A stretch of DNA of 44,451 bases from Octopus bimaculoides (taxonomy: Eukaryota). The translations under genes and the position numbers were made by a program. The stretch is taken from the NCBI RefSeq assembly GCF_001194135.2, contig NC_068993.1, forward strand, positions 18,369,550 through 18,414,000, in the 5' to 3' direction. Shown piece after piece: positions 12,171-22,866 of the stretch (position 1 is its first letter; each line of letters begins with the position of its first letter). The notes beneath the pieces were generated by a model. It was not told the DNA's origin. It did no database searches and saw nothing but the letters and a program-made list of their open reading frames with translations.

Positions 12171-13449
12171 TAAAACGGAACGAAAATTGCTAAGCTAATA
12201 CAACTGTTGATAATATAGTGAAACAAAAAAAACAGAAAAAGACAAATAACTGACTGGATGAATATTATAAATAGTTAAATAAATAAATGAAAGAATGAAT
12301 AAATAAATGAATAAAGTAATAAAAACAAAGGATAAATAAATAAAACCTTTTTACTTGAAATCAGATATTTCAGTTTAAAACATTCAATTAATAATACATT
12401 GAACCAATTTTCTAAAGATAAGAAAAATAAGAAAAATCCCTGCTAGGTATCGTGTCTTCTTTTATTTTTTCATTGTTGAATTCATCATATTAATAGTTTA
12501 GCTTTCGGGCAAAGCTGAAGCCGTAAAGATACTCAAACGCTGAACAACTAACTGTGTTTTATAGACTGCCAATTCACGAAAAAGCTGTTAAAATTATAAT
12601 CGACTAATTAGGTGCAGATAAGTAGAGATATATTTAAAATTTTCTAATAGATGTGATGTGGAAAATCCGGAATAATATAAATAAAAATGTCTGAAATAGG
12701 GATTAAAACATGCAAAGAGATTGAATATATTGAAATATTTGCTGATGAGCGCTATAGCACAAGAGATGCAAATAAATAAATAATAATTAAGGCGAGAAAA
12801 ATAAAACGATTTGATGAAAAGCTCTTAGTTTCTGGTTATAGAAAATTCACTTAATTTCACTACCAATGGACAAGTATTAATGCCTTGCAGTCGTATTCTT
12901 CTTTATGAATATGTCACCCTATGTCAAATTAAGAAATAAATATATATTTGGAAAAGCGAATGTAAAAAAAAATATTTTGATAAGCAAATTTTAAAATATG
13001 TTGATTTCTTTTTGGGAAGTGACAAAGGTTCCTACTTTTTTGAGATCTATGAAATAAAATAGCGTGGCAATCATAATATTCTCACATAAACTAACAATGT
13101 AAAAGAGGCGAAACTGCATCGCAAATTCAGTTGATAGGAGGCATTTTTTGCCGCTAAATTTACGCAGAGAAACAATAGACTAAATATATTTAATACAATC
13201 TATTTGGGAAGTGCCTACATAGTTGCTGGACATATTAGAAATAGCAGGCAAATCTTCCCCAAGTCTCATCCAGCCATCCTAAAAAAACGGTAGGACATGT
13301 TTTGTAGTGTAATCCTAGAAGCTCCTAATCATACGGGATGCTCATGGAATGAATACACATAAATTATAAGCTTGCTCATCAGGATTGATTTGAGGCTAAC
13401 AACAACAGCCAATATTTTTTCAGTTACAGAATCCTAGAAGTAATAAATA

Positions 13450-15033
13450 ATAAGTTGTTTTGCATCTAGTGCTGTTTTAAGATTAGTGCCTGCATACAAT
13501 ATTCCATCTTCACTTTTCTTTCACTAGTATATATTGTACTTCGCTTAGTCCATCTGTTCCTAAGTATTTTTTGCGTGTTTTCTCCTATATCTGTTTTTTC
13601 TTACCTAGCACAAAATTAGTTTTTTTTCTTCTTTAAGCTCCGTGTACAGTCTGCAGCGGTGTTTTTAGTGTTTTATTACTTTCAGCATACAACTTGAGAT
13701 TGCCTATATACAAAATATAACTGATTGTGTTCCGATATTGTGTTCCAATATCATTTCTTTCGGAGTCCGGTCTTGTTTAATATCGTAGTTAAAGATGTTA
13801 ACGTCAAGAAGGAAAGGAATAGAGAGGGAGATTGCTTTGGAGTATCTTCATTCTAAAAGATATAGTATTGGTTCCTCTAATTTCCTCTTTCGCCTGCACC
13901 ACCGAATTGTTTTGTCGTTTACTCATTATGTAGTTTATATACCAGCTTGTTATTAGTGCTACTTATTTTTGGATAATGTTTCCAAGATCAACGTGTGTGG
14001 GAAATATGTCATGTTCATTCCCTTCTTTCACTTTTCTTTTTGTCTTAAGTTGTAGCTTTTTTTAACCAGTAATTAATCTCTTTACAATCATATATACCTT
14101 TCCGACATTTTCCACGCCTCTCAAGAAATAATTACAACAGATTTAGAACTGATGTTTATGTATTCTCTGGGATATTGTTGTAGCTCTGATTCGTTATTCT
14201 TGGAGTTTAAGATGGTATTTTTTCTCTTCTGACACAAGTTAGGGGTTGTTTCTGGCTCCATATGTTATTACATATTTTTGGTAGCACTTTCATATGTTCC
14301 TATTGAATATTTTGAACAGGAATTTGGTATCTTATCATGTTTTAATACCATTTAGTTGTTTTTGCTGTTGTGATTTTCAACGTCTGGACTATTTCTGTTA
14401 GCTTCTCGCGATTGTTCAGCAGGTTTGTTTATCATTTTTGAAAAATTTAGCTCTCGACAAACGCTGTACCGACCATAGTCCCTCACAGTAGTCTTCTCTT
14501 GCTGTTTGTGCTGCATTGATTAATATTTTGTTTTTACGTAGTTCACGCTAAAGATAAATCATTAGATTTTGAATCTAACTATTTATTTTGTTTAAATAAT
14601 TGTTGCCACTTTCTCAAACAATCATGTTCTTTGCAATTTAGCGAGGGCCATCTGCATCAAGCATTCTCTTCTGAAATTTCTATGTATTTTATGTTATATT
14701 TCTATAATATTTGCCTCGCCTTTTATTTTCGGTTTTGTCCCTTCTTTATTGATTTCATAAACGTGTAAGATATCTTTACGCATGTTTTTTTCTCCTTTTC
14801 TGTATGTTTGTGTTCCTTGTTATTTGCTTGGGTTTTCATATTACTCTACGAATATAGTTACAGGAATATACACTTTCCGTTGCAACAAAAGTACCTACAA
14901 CCTATATTATGTTGTTTAAGCCGATATTGTGTTCCGATATCATTTCTTTCGGAGTCCAGTCTTGTTTAATATCGTAGTTAAAGATGTTAACGTCAAGAAG
15001 GAAAGGAGTAGAGAGAGAGGGATTGCTTTGGAG
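13450..15033 (-). pseudogene. Highly decayed R4/Dong-type LINE (N-terminal region plus RT)
   Basis: Minus-strand frames, in order: KMRKDILHVYEINKEG; AREDYCEGLWSV; HDKIPN; FPHTLILETLSKNKVA; LTSLTTILNKTG; YIGNLKLYAES (YMDDLKLYA-like, 13684-13710); KYLG. Many stops and frameshifts. Confidence 0.75.
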
Positions 15034-15064
15034 CATGTTTAACTGCATTTCTTTAGGGTTTATG

Positions 15065-15210
15065 TTCTGAGTTCAAATTCCACCGAGGTCGACTTTGCCT
15101 TTCATCCTTTCGTGGTCGATTGAATAAGTACCAGTTACGCACTGGAGTCGGTATAATCGTCATAAACCCTTCCCCCAAATTTCAGGCATTGTGCCTTCAG
15201 TAGAAAAGAG
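15065..15210 (+). mobile_element. SINE family B, 3' portion with (ATT)n tail
   Basis: ttctgagttcaaattccaccgaggtcgactttgcctttcatcc...taagtaccagttacgcactgg; same as 17215 and 39497. Confidence 0.85.
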
Positions 15211-15220
15211 TATTATTATT

Positions 15221-15406
15221 TCTTTTTATCACAGGCTTCGTTGGAGCTCCCGGATTCTTGCATGCGTAGCGACGTTGTTTCTTGCAGTCTACGGTACCAT
15301 GCTATCCGTTCTTTTCAGTTATCTAATACTTTCCTGATTATTCTGGCCGTGCTAAGGAGACAAACCTTTTGTAACAGTTCTCCTGGGCACGTTATTCCAA
15401 TTTCCT

Positions 15407-15410
<4 letters not shown>
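15221..15410 (-). mobile_element. R4/Dong-type LINE 3' end (subfamily alpha)
   Basis: MKEIGITCPGELLQKVCLLSTARIIRKVLDN*, then 3' UTR ...cctgtgataaaaaga and (AAT)n; UTR shared with the 16267 and 37069 copies. Confidence 0.9.
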
Positions 15411-15468
<58 letters not shown>

Positions 15469-15469
<1 letters not shown>

Positions 15470-15668
15470 TGAAGAACTCTCGAATAGTTCTTAATTGCCG
15501 GTTATTCTTTACTTGAAAGCAGGCAATAACAAATCACCAAAGGTTTCAAGAAGTGCCTTCTGTGACTGAAAGAGACAATATCCTCCTTAGAATGCGAGCT
15601 GTACACAGCAATGCTGTCTTCTGGATCACCTCGAGCTTGACAGCAGCTCCAATATACTTAATACGCCA
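15469..15668 (-). mobile_element. R4/Dong-type LINE 3' end (subfamily gamma)
   Basis: KYIGAAVKLEVIQKTALLCTARILRRILSL plus a distinct UTR ending in (AAT)n. Confidence 0.85.
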
Positions 15669-16250
15669 CTAACCCAGAAGGAATATAAGAGACGCCACGA
15701 CAATATAGCCAGGCTTGTCCATTGGACACATTGCAACAAGTATGGCCTTGACAGAGCAAAAAATTGGTACGACCACAAACCTGAAGGCATTGTCGAAAAT
15801 AGAAATGCAAAGATCCTATGGGATTTTATGATTCAGTACGACCATGAGATTGAGAATAGGAAGCCGGACATAGTCTTCATTGAGAAAGAAAACAAACTAT
15901 GCTGGATTATAGATATAGCCTGCCCATCTGACAACAAGGTATGTGATAAGGAAGAAAGAAAGGTCGAGAGATATAACAGGTTAGCTTGGGAAGTTAAGCA
16001 GTTGTGGTCGACGAAAATGGTAGCAATAGTACCAATAATTGTCGGAGCCCTGGGAAGAGTGAGCAAAAATCTCGAGAAGTACTGGAACAAATAGGGGATG
16101 CAATAAGGGTGGCGCACTGCTTGGATCCACTTGAATACTCTGGAAGGTGCTAGAAAAATAAGAAGTGTTACCTTAATTCACTGGTAGTGAACAGCTGACA
16201 CTGTAGTACATCTTCAGCGTTAGAAGCTGTGGAAAGGCAATAATAATAAT
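15669..16250 (+). pseudogene. R4/Dong-type LINE restriction-like endonuclease domain and 3' end (subfamily delta)
   Basis: EYKRRHDNIARLVHW...KILWDFMIQYDHEIENRKPDIVFIEKENKLCWIIDIACP...PIIVGALG: RHD and PD-(D/E)xK RLE motifs; (AAT)n tail. Confidence 0.93.
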
Positions 16251-16266
16251 AATAATAATAATAATA

Positions 16267-16702
16267 ATCCAAACAGATCAGGTGCTAGAGCATAACAGAC
16301 TGGATCTAGTGCTGGTGGACAAGAGGCACCATATATGCTATATAGTTGACGTTGCATGTCCCTTTGACCCATGAATAGTTAAGAAGGAAGGCGAAAAGAT
16401 AGATATATAAATACAACCCACTTAGTACGAAATAACCTGGCTATGGAAAATGAAGAAGGTGAGTCCTTATTGTTGAGTCATTGCGAAGAGTATCAGAAGG
16501 CATCAAGAGGAATATAAAGGAAATTGGAATAGAGCGCCCAGTCCAACTGTTACAAAAGGTTCCATGCCACAGTCAGAATAATCAGGAAAGTATTAGATAG
16601 CTGAAAAGAGCGAATAGCATGGCACCGTAGGCTGCAGGTTAAAGGCCCGCTACGCATGCAAGACTCCAGGAACTCCACCAAAACCTGTGATAAAGAGAAA
16701 GT
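16267..16702 (+). pseudogene. R4/Dong-type LINE RLE fragment and 3' UTR (subfamily alpha)
   Basis: IQTDQVLEHNRLDLVLVDKRHHICYIVDVACPFDP*; UTR matches 15221-15310 and 37069-37160. Confidence 0.9.
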
Positions 16703-17095
16703 NNNNNNNNNNNNNNNNNNNNNNNNNNNNNNNNNNNNNNNNNNNNNNNNNNNNNNNNNNNNNNNNNNNNNNNNNNNNNNNNNNNNNNNNNNNNNNNNNN
16801 NNNNNNNNNNNNNNNNNNNNNNNNNNNNNNNNNNNNNNNNNNNNNNNNNNNNNNNNNNNNNNNNNNNNNNNNNNNNNNNNNNNNNNNNNNNNNNNNNNNN
16901 NNNNNNNNNNNNNNNNNNNNNNNNNNNNNNNNNNNNNNNNNNNNNNNNNNNNNNNNNNNNNNNNNNNNNNNNNNNNNNNNNNNNNNNNNNNNNNNNNNNN
17001 NNNNNNNNNNNNNNNNNNNNNNNNNNNNNNNNNNNNNNNNNNNNNNNNNNNNNNNNNNNNNNNNNNNNNNNNNNNNNNNNNNNNNNNNNNNNNNN

Positions 17096-17096
17096 C

Positions 17097-17144
<48 letters not shown>

Positions 17145-17214
17145 AACAATAATAATAATAATAATAATAATAATACTAATTATTATTATTATTATTATTA
17201 TCATTATTATTATT
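17096..17214. repeat. (CAA)n-(AAT)n-(TTA)n compound array
   Basis: Visible, with a polarity switch near 17180. Confidence 0.95.
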
Positions 17215-17415
17215 AAGGCGGTGAGCTGGCAGAATCGTTAGCACGCCGGGCGAAATGCATAGCAGTATTTCGTCTACGGCTTCCTTCTGAGTTCAAATTC
17301 TTCCGAGGTCGACTTTGCCTTTCATCTTTCAGGGTCGATGAAAATAAGTACCAGTTACGCACTGTGGTTATTTTAATCGACTACTCCCTTCCCTCCTCTT
17401 GGGCCTAGACTAGAA
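17215..17415 (+). mobile_element. SINE family B, near full length
   Basis: aaggcggtgagctggcagaatcgttagc (A-box-like)...gagttcaaattc (B-box-like)...gaggtcgactttgcc. Confidence 0.9.
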
Positions 17416-18355
17416 ATAATAATAATAATGATAATAATAATTATTACCATTGTGCAATATAGATGACGAGATATGCTTTCTGTTGATGAACTTTCAATGA
17501 AGTGTAATGTCTGTGTTTAGGTTTCACCCTCACCCACGCAATACCTACAACTGTCTCACTTGTTAGTTCCTTCTCCCTCATATAATACAGTCGTGCCCTT
17601 TTAGTGATAGCATACACCCTCTCTCTTTCTCTCTCATTCCTTCCTTTCTACGTTCTCATAGTCTAATCTTTTTATTCTTTATTTGCAATAAACAGCCTGT
17701 TCAATATGTAGCTAGCTGGAAGTTGAGATCTGTACATTGTGACAAAAACCAAATGGAAAACATTGAAAGGAAAATTTCAAAAGATTAGTTCACTGTCCTA
17801 TTGGGTTTCACGAAACTAATCGAATAACGATTAGTTTGCTGAGAATAATGAAAGCGAGCCAACAGTTGGCTTAAAGGCTAAACACGATATTCATCCGTGT
17901 CTGTGTGACTAAATGTTAACATATCACCCAAAAGAATGCACATTACTCGATAAATCCAGCGCAGAGCTAATGTAATAACATCAACAGCGACAATAGGCAA
18001 GATCAACGTTATCGAATAACAACAAACGAAAGAAGATGAGCAAATAAATAGATAAATAAATAGAATTGATAAATAAACGGTAAAAGCTTGAATAAACGTA
18101 CTGAGAGGGAATTTGAAGTATTCAGAAATAATTGACATTCGATAAAGACGTTTAAAATCCTTGCATGAAAAGATATTAAAACAGAGACATTTCTCCTTGG
18201 CACAGAGTCATATAATTTAACTCAGATATAGAACGGATATTTATCAGCATCAGTGAAAAGTCTTTCACAGTACGAACTAAAGTTAGAACGTGTAACAGTT
18301 ATTTAGCCATGGGTGTTCTACCGCTTACGAAGCAATAATAATATTTTATTATTTT

Positions 18356-18405
18356 AAGGCAGCGAGCTGGCAGATTCGTTAGAACATCGGGCGAAATGTT
18401 TAGCG
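18356..18405 (+). mobile_element. SINE family B head (runs into gap)
   Basis: aaggcagcgagctggcagattcgttagaacatcgggcgaaatg. Confidence 0.8.
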
Positions 18406-18593
18406 NNNNNNNNNNNNNNNNNNNNNNNNNNNNNNNNNNNNNNNNNNNNNNNNNNNNNNNNNNNNNNNNNNNNNNNNNNNNNNNNNNNNNNNNNNNNNNN
18501 NNNNNNNNNNNNNNNNNNNNNNNNNNNNNNNNNNNNNNNNNNNNNNNNNNNNNNNNNNNNNNNNNNNNNNNNNNNNNNNNNNNNNNNNNNNNN

Positions 18594-19648
18594 TCGCTCA
18601 ATTAAACGTTCTTTCAATATATTGGCAGCTCTACATGGAGCCATATTTGTTCGAGGCGGCCAGTCTTTCTTAACATAGTCGTTTACTCGGTCTCTACTGT
18701 ACCACATGCAAGGAAAGCATGGGTATTTGGTATAACCGGATTGCTGTCCCATGAGAAAATTCACCATCTTTAAGTCAACGCAGATAACCCATTTATGATG
18801 ATGATATAGTATCTTCTCTAAAACCAGCATAATTTCTCTATATTTTTCCTTCAAAGTTGTTGAACGGCCGAGTGGAACAGAGCCATACACATTTCCGTTG
18901 TGCAACAATACACATTTTAAACTACGCTTAGAGCTGTCTATGAAAATACGCCATTCCTCTGGTTTGTATTCCTCAATGCCAAGTTTATTAAGAAGCTCAC
19001 TGACATCTCTGCAATAAATCATCTCTTCCTCTTTTGTGAAGAAAGAAAGGAACTCTTAATGCTGACTCTGATAAAAGGTTATACGGACACCATCTCTAGA
19101 AGATTCTTCTCTTTCAGTTGAGAAGCCAACAGTTCTGCAGAATTCTTTGGGAGGTTCAAGTCACGAACTAAATCATTCAACTCTGGGAGAATAGCTGAGG
19201 TAAAGTCTCAACTGAAAAGTCATGATCTCTAGTGTCTTCTTCGGGTGATGAATCTTCTTTGGTTGGGGATAAAGTTATCTGAGGCAAGACATTGAAGACA
19301 GGAACAGGAAACTCTTCACTGTGTGGAACCAGTCTAATAGCAGAGGCAAGAAGCGTTTGTCGATTTTTCGGTTAATACTCTTCAAATTTAGGTTACAAAA
19401 ATAGCAGTCGTCCACGTGACTATAGGGCTCCCGCCATAACATTGGTATAGTAAACCTCATACTTTTCCTTGTCCCTTTAGTCCATTGTCGCAAATGTTCT
19501 GTACATTGTTTGCAGACGCTATGCGGTGCCCAATATTTATCTTGGTCTCCCAGTTTGACCCCAAAATACATTTTTTCGATTTTCAGGTAATGTATATTCT
19601 CTACAATCAACAAAACACATTTGGAGAATTAACGCAACACTTGCTCAT
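18594..19648 (-). pseudogene. Chapaev3-like transposase, frameshifted
   Basis: MSKCCVNSPNVFC*..YFGVKLGDQDKYWAPHSVCKQC..WREPYSHVDDCYFC (Zn-binding N-terminus); ELNDLVRDLNLPKNSAELLASQLKEKNLL; WRIFIDSSKRSLKCVLLHNGN; ICVDLKMVNFLMGQQSGYTKYPCFPCMW. Confidence 0.85.
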
Positions 19649-19890
19649 TTTCTATTGCTTAGTTCACCACAACATCTAAAAAGTATGGAAAAAGAAAAAA
19701 AATCTTAGAATTAGAATAGGTTAACGAACACTGCGTACCGGACGTACACACATACAAAGTGAGTGTAGGGATGTTCAATGACTTAAAACTAGATCTGATG
19801 GGTTAAAAAGGTTATATTTGGATTCAGGAGACAGATTTTGTATAGGAATGATGTCTATTTCCTAAACACCAAAAACCTTATAGACCAGTG
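18594..19890 (-). mobile_element. Chapaev3-like (CMC superfamily) DNA transposon, 5' portion
   Basis: Terminus reads CACTGGTCTATAAGG on the minus strand (ends at 19890), flanked by TTA, followed by a transposase remnant. The other terminus is not visible. Confidence 0.75.
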
Positions 19891-20682
19891 TTATAACTTG
19901 CAGCCCTTTCTCCAATAAAAGACACCCTCTAATTACGGTTAAACATTAATTTATCAGCCAGTTTATTATCTTAGTACACTATAAATCGTTATTCATCACC
20001 TTTCTTCTATGAATTCATTGCCAAATTTCGTTTGCAACTGTGAAGATTTCTTCACTAAAACTTCTGACCCTAAGCCGTTTGTACTTAAAATAACAATTGA
20101 TACATATGCTTCGAATTACTTAATGGTCAATATACTTTATCTTCCAGAGTATATCTCCTGTATGTTTTGTAACTTCATACTTAGCTACATTTTCTGTCAC
20201 AGCTTTGCAGATCCTTCGACGACTGTCAAACGTAATGCAGATTACACGCAGTTGTCTCTTTCACCCACGCAGAAAAACAGTGTATGGTCTTTGTACCGAA
20301 ATCAATTTAATCAATATTTCTGGTTCCTTCATAGAGTAAATCCTATACATATTTTTACTCTTTACTAAAGTTTCTTTGCAAACTTTTGTTTAAGCATTAC
20401 ATGTTTCTTCTTCCAGATACCTCTAATTCTCATATATTTTATTTTCTGCTTTCTCTTTATCTAAGCAAAACATTTGACTCTTCAAAATCATGAATGATAA
20501 TCCTGCACATTATTTTTAATCTGTACTTAGTTTTCACATTGTGTTTAAAATCCTTTTACATAAAATCCTCCGACAATATTTGTTCTAGAATCTTTATTTC
20601 TATTTATTTCTATTTATTTAGTCCCTTTCAGAAACATAGAAATCTAAGGGATATTTGAGATGAAATTACACAATCTTTTCTA

Positions 20683-20970
20683 TTTGCTGTTAATTTATCT
20701 ATGAACACATTCTGTTACTTATGGACCTAGTTTCCATTTTGGCACCATCATCAGTGCCACGGTCATTATTCATATGTTTCAAAATAATACAACTAGTTGG
20801 AGTACATTTCTTGATATCAGTGGCTTTTGCTGTTAATTAATATGAACAAATTCTGTTATTTGTACCATTTTAGCACCATCATCAGCACCATCATCAGCAC
20901 CACAGTCATTATACATACGTTTCAGAATAATGGAACTAGCTGAACTAAATTCTTTGATATCGTTGACTTG
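20683..20970. repeat. Imperfect tandem duplication, period about 143 bp
   Basis: tttgctgttaatt...atgaaca.attctgtta...ccatttt.gcaccatcatcag...gtcatta starts at 20683 and again at 20826; unit 2 has an extra gcaccatcatca. Confidence 0.85.
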
Positions 20971-21492
20971 TGGTTCATTATTAAAATTCTTGAGTATAAG
21001 AATTTTGCTGATGTTTGTTTACTCCAAGACTATTATTGCAGCTGTATATTCTATCTACTATTTTTATAAGCCTGACTAGTTTCCCGTTTAAAGCTGTTGC
21101 ATTTAATCGTTAATCTATTTAAAATATATTAGGTCTTTGACTTGCTAGTCTTTTGTCTATTATATTCTTGTGTTAGCTTTATGGCTCTTTTTTCTCAGAA
21201 TAACGCCTCACTATATTGCTGATTTATTTTTATCTCTATGAATTATATGTGTGCTCTGACCAGTTCATCTTGACCGTCTCTGATTTGGCCAGTACAAGAA
21301 TCTGTCAGCGTACAGAGCTGACAAGAAAGCGTCTAGTTTATCAGCTGATCAACTAGAAATAGCAACCAATTCTACCTCAAATCATATCCTACCAACTTAA
21401 ATAAGATTGGATGATTACTATGAGGATAATAGTTATAATGGAACATCCCCAACACTACGTGTTGAGTGGTATATGGTAGTCGTTCCAAATAC

Positions 21493-21624
21493 TGTGACAT
21501 AGGATGTCGAGACAGTGTCAGTCGAACAGTCGGTTATAGATGGATAGTCGTGTCTTACTTGTCTAACTAACTATAGTTCTATACCGGAGTGAGTGTTATA
21601 ACTGCCCGACAGAGGATTACAACA
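21493..21624 (+). mobile_element. Short 5' LTR (about 132 bp) of a Ty3/Gypsy (Mag-like) element
   Basis: TGTGACAT...TACAACA, followed by PBS-like TGGTGATCAGGA (21626-21637) and a gag ORF. Confidence 0.7.
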
Positions 21625-21633
21625 GTGGTGATC

Positions 21634-21709
21634 AGGAATTAACAAACTCACGAGGAATTAACAAATTTACGAGGATTAAACAAACTCACAAGGAATTACG
21701 AAACTCACA
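21634..21709 (+). repeat. 4 x 19-bp tandem repeat in the retrotransposon leader
   Basis: aggaattaacaaactcacg / aggaattaacaaatttacg / aggattaaacaaactcaca / aggaattacgaaactcaca. Confidence 0.9.
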
Positions 21710-21754
21710 AAGGTTTTTTTGTGCGAATTTTACTGTATACAAAATCGTAAAATT

Positions 21755-22035
21755 ATGGAAGATTTGTTGGCCGGTTTGCTCGAGTTGCAAAAACAACAAC
21801 AACAACAATTATTACTGCAACAAATGCAACAATTAATGAATAGCAAGTCGTCCAAAATTACTGGAAAGATGTTCTCACCAGATTATGTTGCAAATTCAAT
21901 AACGGAATTTAAGTATGAGTCAGACAAAGGCGTTACCTTCGAGGTGTACTATAGAAGATATGAACAGATCTTCAATAATGAGTGCAAAGATAGGGACGAC
22001 GATATGAAAACACGTCTAATCATAAGAAAACTGAC
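21755..22035 (+). pseudogene. gag: Truncated gag N-terminus of a Mag-like LTR retrotransposon
   Basis: MEDLLAGLLELQKQQQQQ...VANSITEFKYESDKGVTFEVYYRRYEQIF...KTRLIIRKL matches the SITEFxYxxxxGxTFxxxxxRYExIF...KxRLxxRKL pattern of Mag-type gag; similarity ends at about 22035. Confidence 0.8.
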
Positions 22036-22169
22036 AGTAGGAGAACGTGATGCGTCGAAAAATTTTACACCATCTAATAAATGTTTAAGGGAGCTAACAG
22101 TTTTTGCGTGGTTATTGAATGGTTAATACGTAACTTACATGCTGTTAGGACAAAATTATTTTACTAAAT

Positions 22170-22290
22170 TCTTCTATATGGTCGCAGTGAAAAACTTGCT
22201 TCACATCTACATAGTTCTCGGTTCAGCCCCACTGTATGGTGCCTTGGGAAAGTGTCTTCTACCATCTGCCTCGAACAGACCAAAGTCTCG
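22170..22290 (+). mobile_element. SINE family C, 5' portion
   Basis: gttctcggttcagccccactgtatggtgccttgggaaagtgtcttctacc...gaccaaag; homologous to 34119, 40415 and 41285. Confidence 0.65.
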
Positions 22291-22313
22291 TATACACACA
22301 CACACACACACAG

Positions 22314-22700
22314 TGGAGGCGCAATGGTCCAGTGGTTAGGGCAGCGGACTCGCGGTCATAGGATTGCGGTTTCGATTCCCAGACCGGGCATTGTGAGTGT
22401 TTATTGAGCGAAAACACCTAAAGCTCCACGAGGCTCCAGCAGGGGATGGTGGCGAACCCTACTGTACTCTTTCACCACAACTTTCTCTCACTCTTACTTC
22501 CTGTTTCTGTTGTGCCTGTAATTCAAAGGGTCAGCCTTGTCACACTGTGTCACGTTGAATATCCCCGAGAACTACGTTAAGGGTACACGTGTCTGTGGAG
22601 TGCTCAGCCACTTGCACGTTAATTTCACGAGCAGGCTGTTCCGTTGATCGGATCAACTAGAACCCTCGACGTCGTAAGCGACGGAGTACCAACAACAACA
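22314..22700 (+). mobile_element. Young full-length tRNA-derived SINE family D with (CAA)n tail
   Basis: A-box tggtccagtgg (22325-22335), B-box-like ggtttcgattccc (22368-22380); near-identical inverted copy at 28719-29106. Confidence 0.95.
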
Positions 22701-22784
22701 CAACACACACACACTTATATATTTATACATGTGCATGTATGTTTATGATTGTCTACCTCCACCATTTGTCTCTTTTCATTTCGA

Positions 22785-22866
22785 CCTCGGTGGAATCTGA
22801 ACTCAGAACATAAATAAATGAAAAAATGCCGCTAGTATTTTGTCCGTCGCGGTAACGATTCTGCCT
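22785..22866 (-). mobile_element. SINE family B head, degenerate
   Basis: Reverse complement ggcagaatcgttaccgcgacggacaaaat...ttctgagttcagattccaccgaggtcga. Confidence 0.7.

Noticed and set aside
13732-15033. 111-bp direct repeats as LTRs or pseudo-LTRs
   Set aside because: The repeat translates as an internal RT segment of an R4/Dong LINE and lacks TG/CA ends, PBS and PPT.
20009-20368. 119-aa plus-strand ORF as a gene
   Set aside because: TTG/ATG start aside, no recognisable domain; more likely the antisense shadow of the minus-strand decayed tract.
21634-21709. Short regular repeats as a CRISPR array (also 25890-25955, 28630-28695)
   Set aside because: Head-to-tail with no unique spacers, eukaryotic context, no cas genes.
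22314-22390. tRNA-like heads (also 1930-1991, 8715-8780, 29030-29106)
   Set aside because: A/B boxes continue into a repeated SINE body and tail; no complete cloverleaf, so not called tRNA genes.
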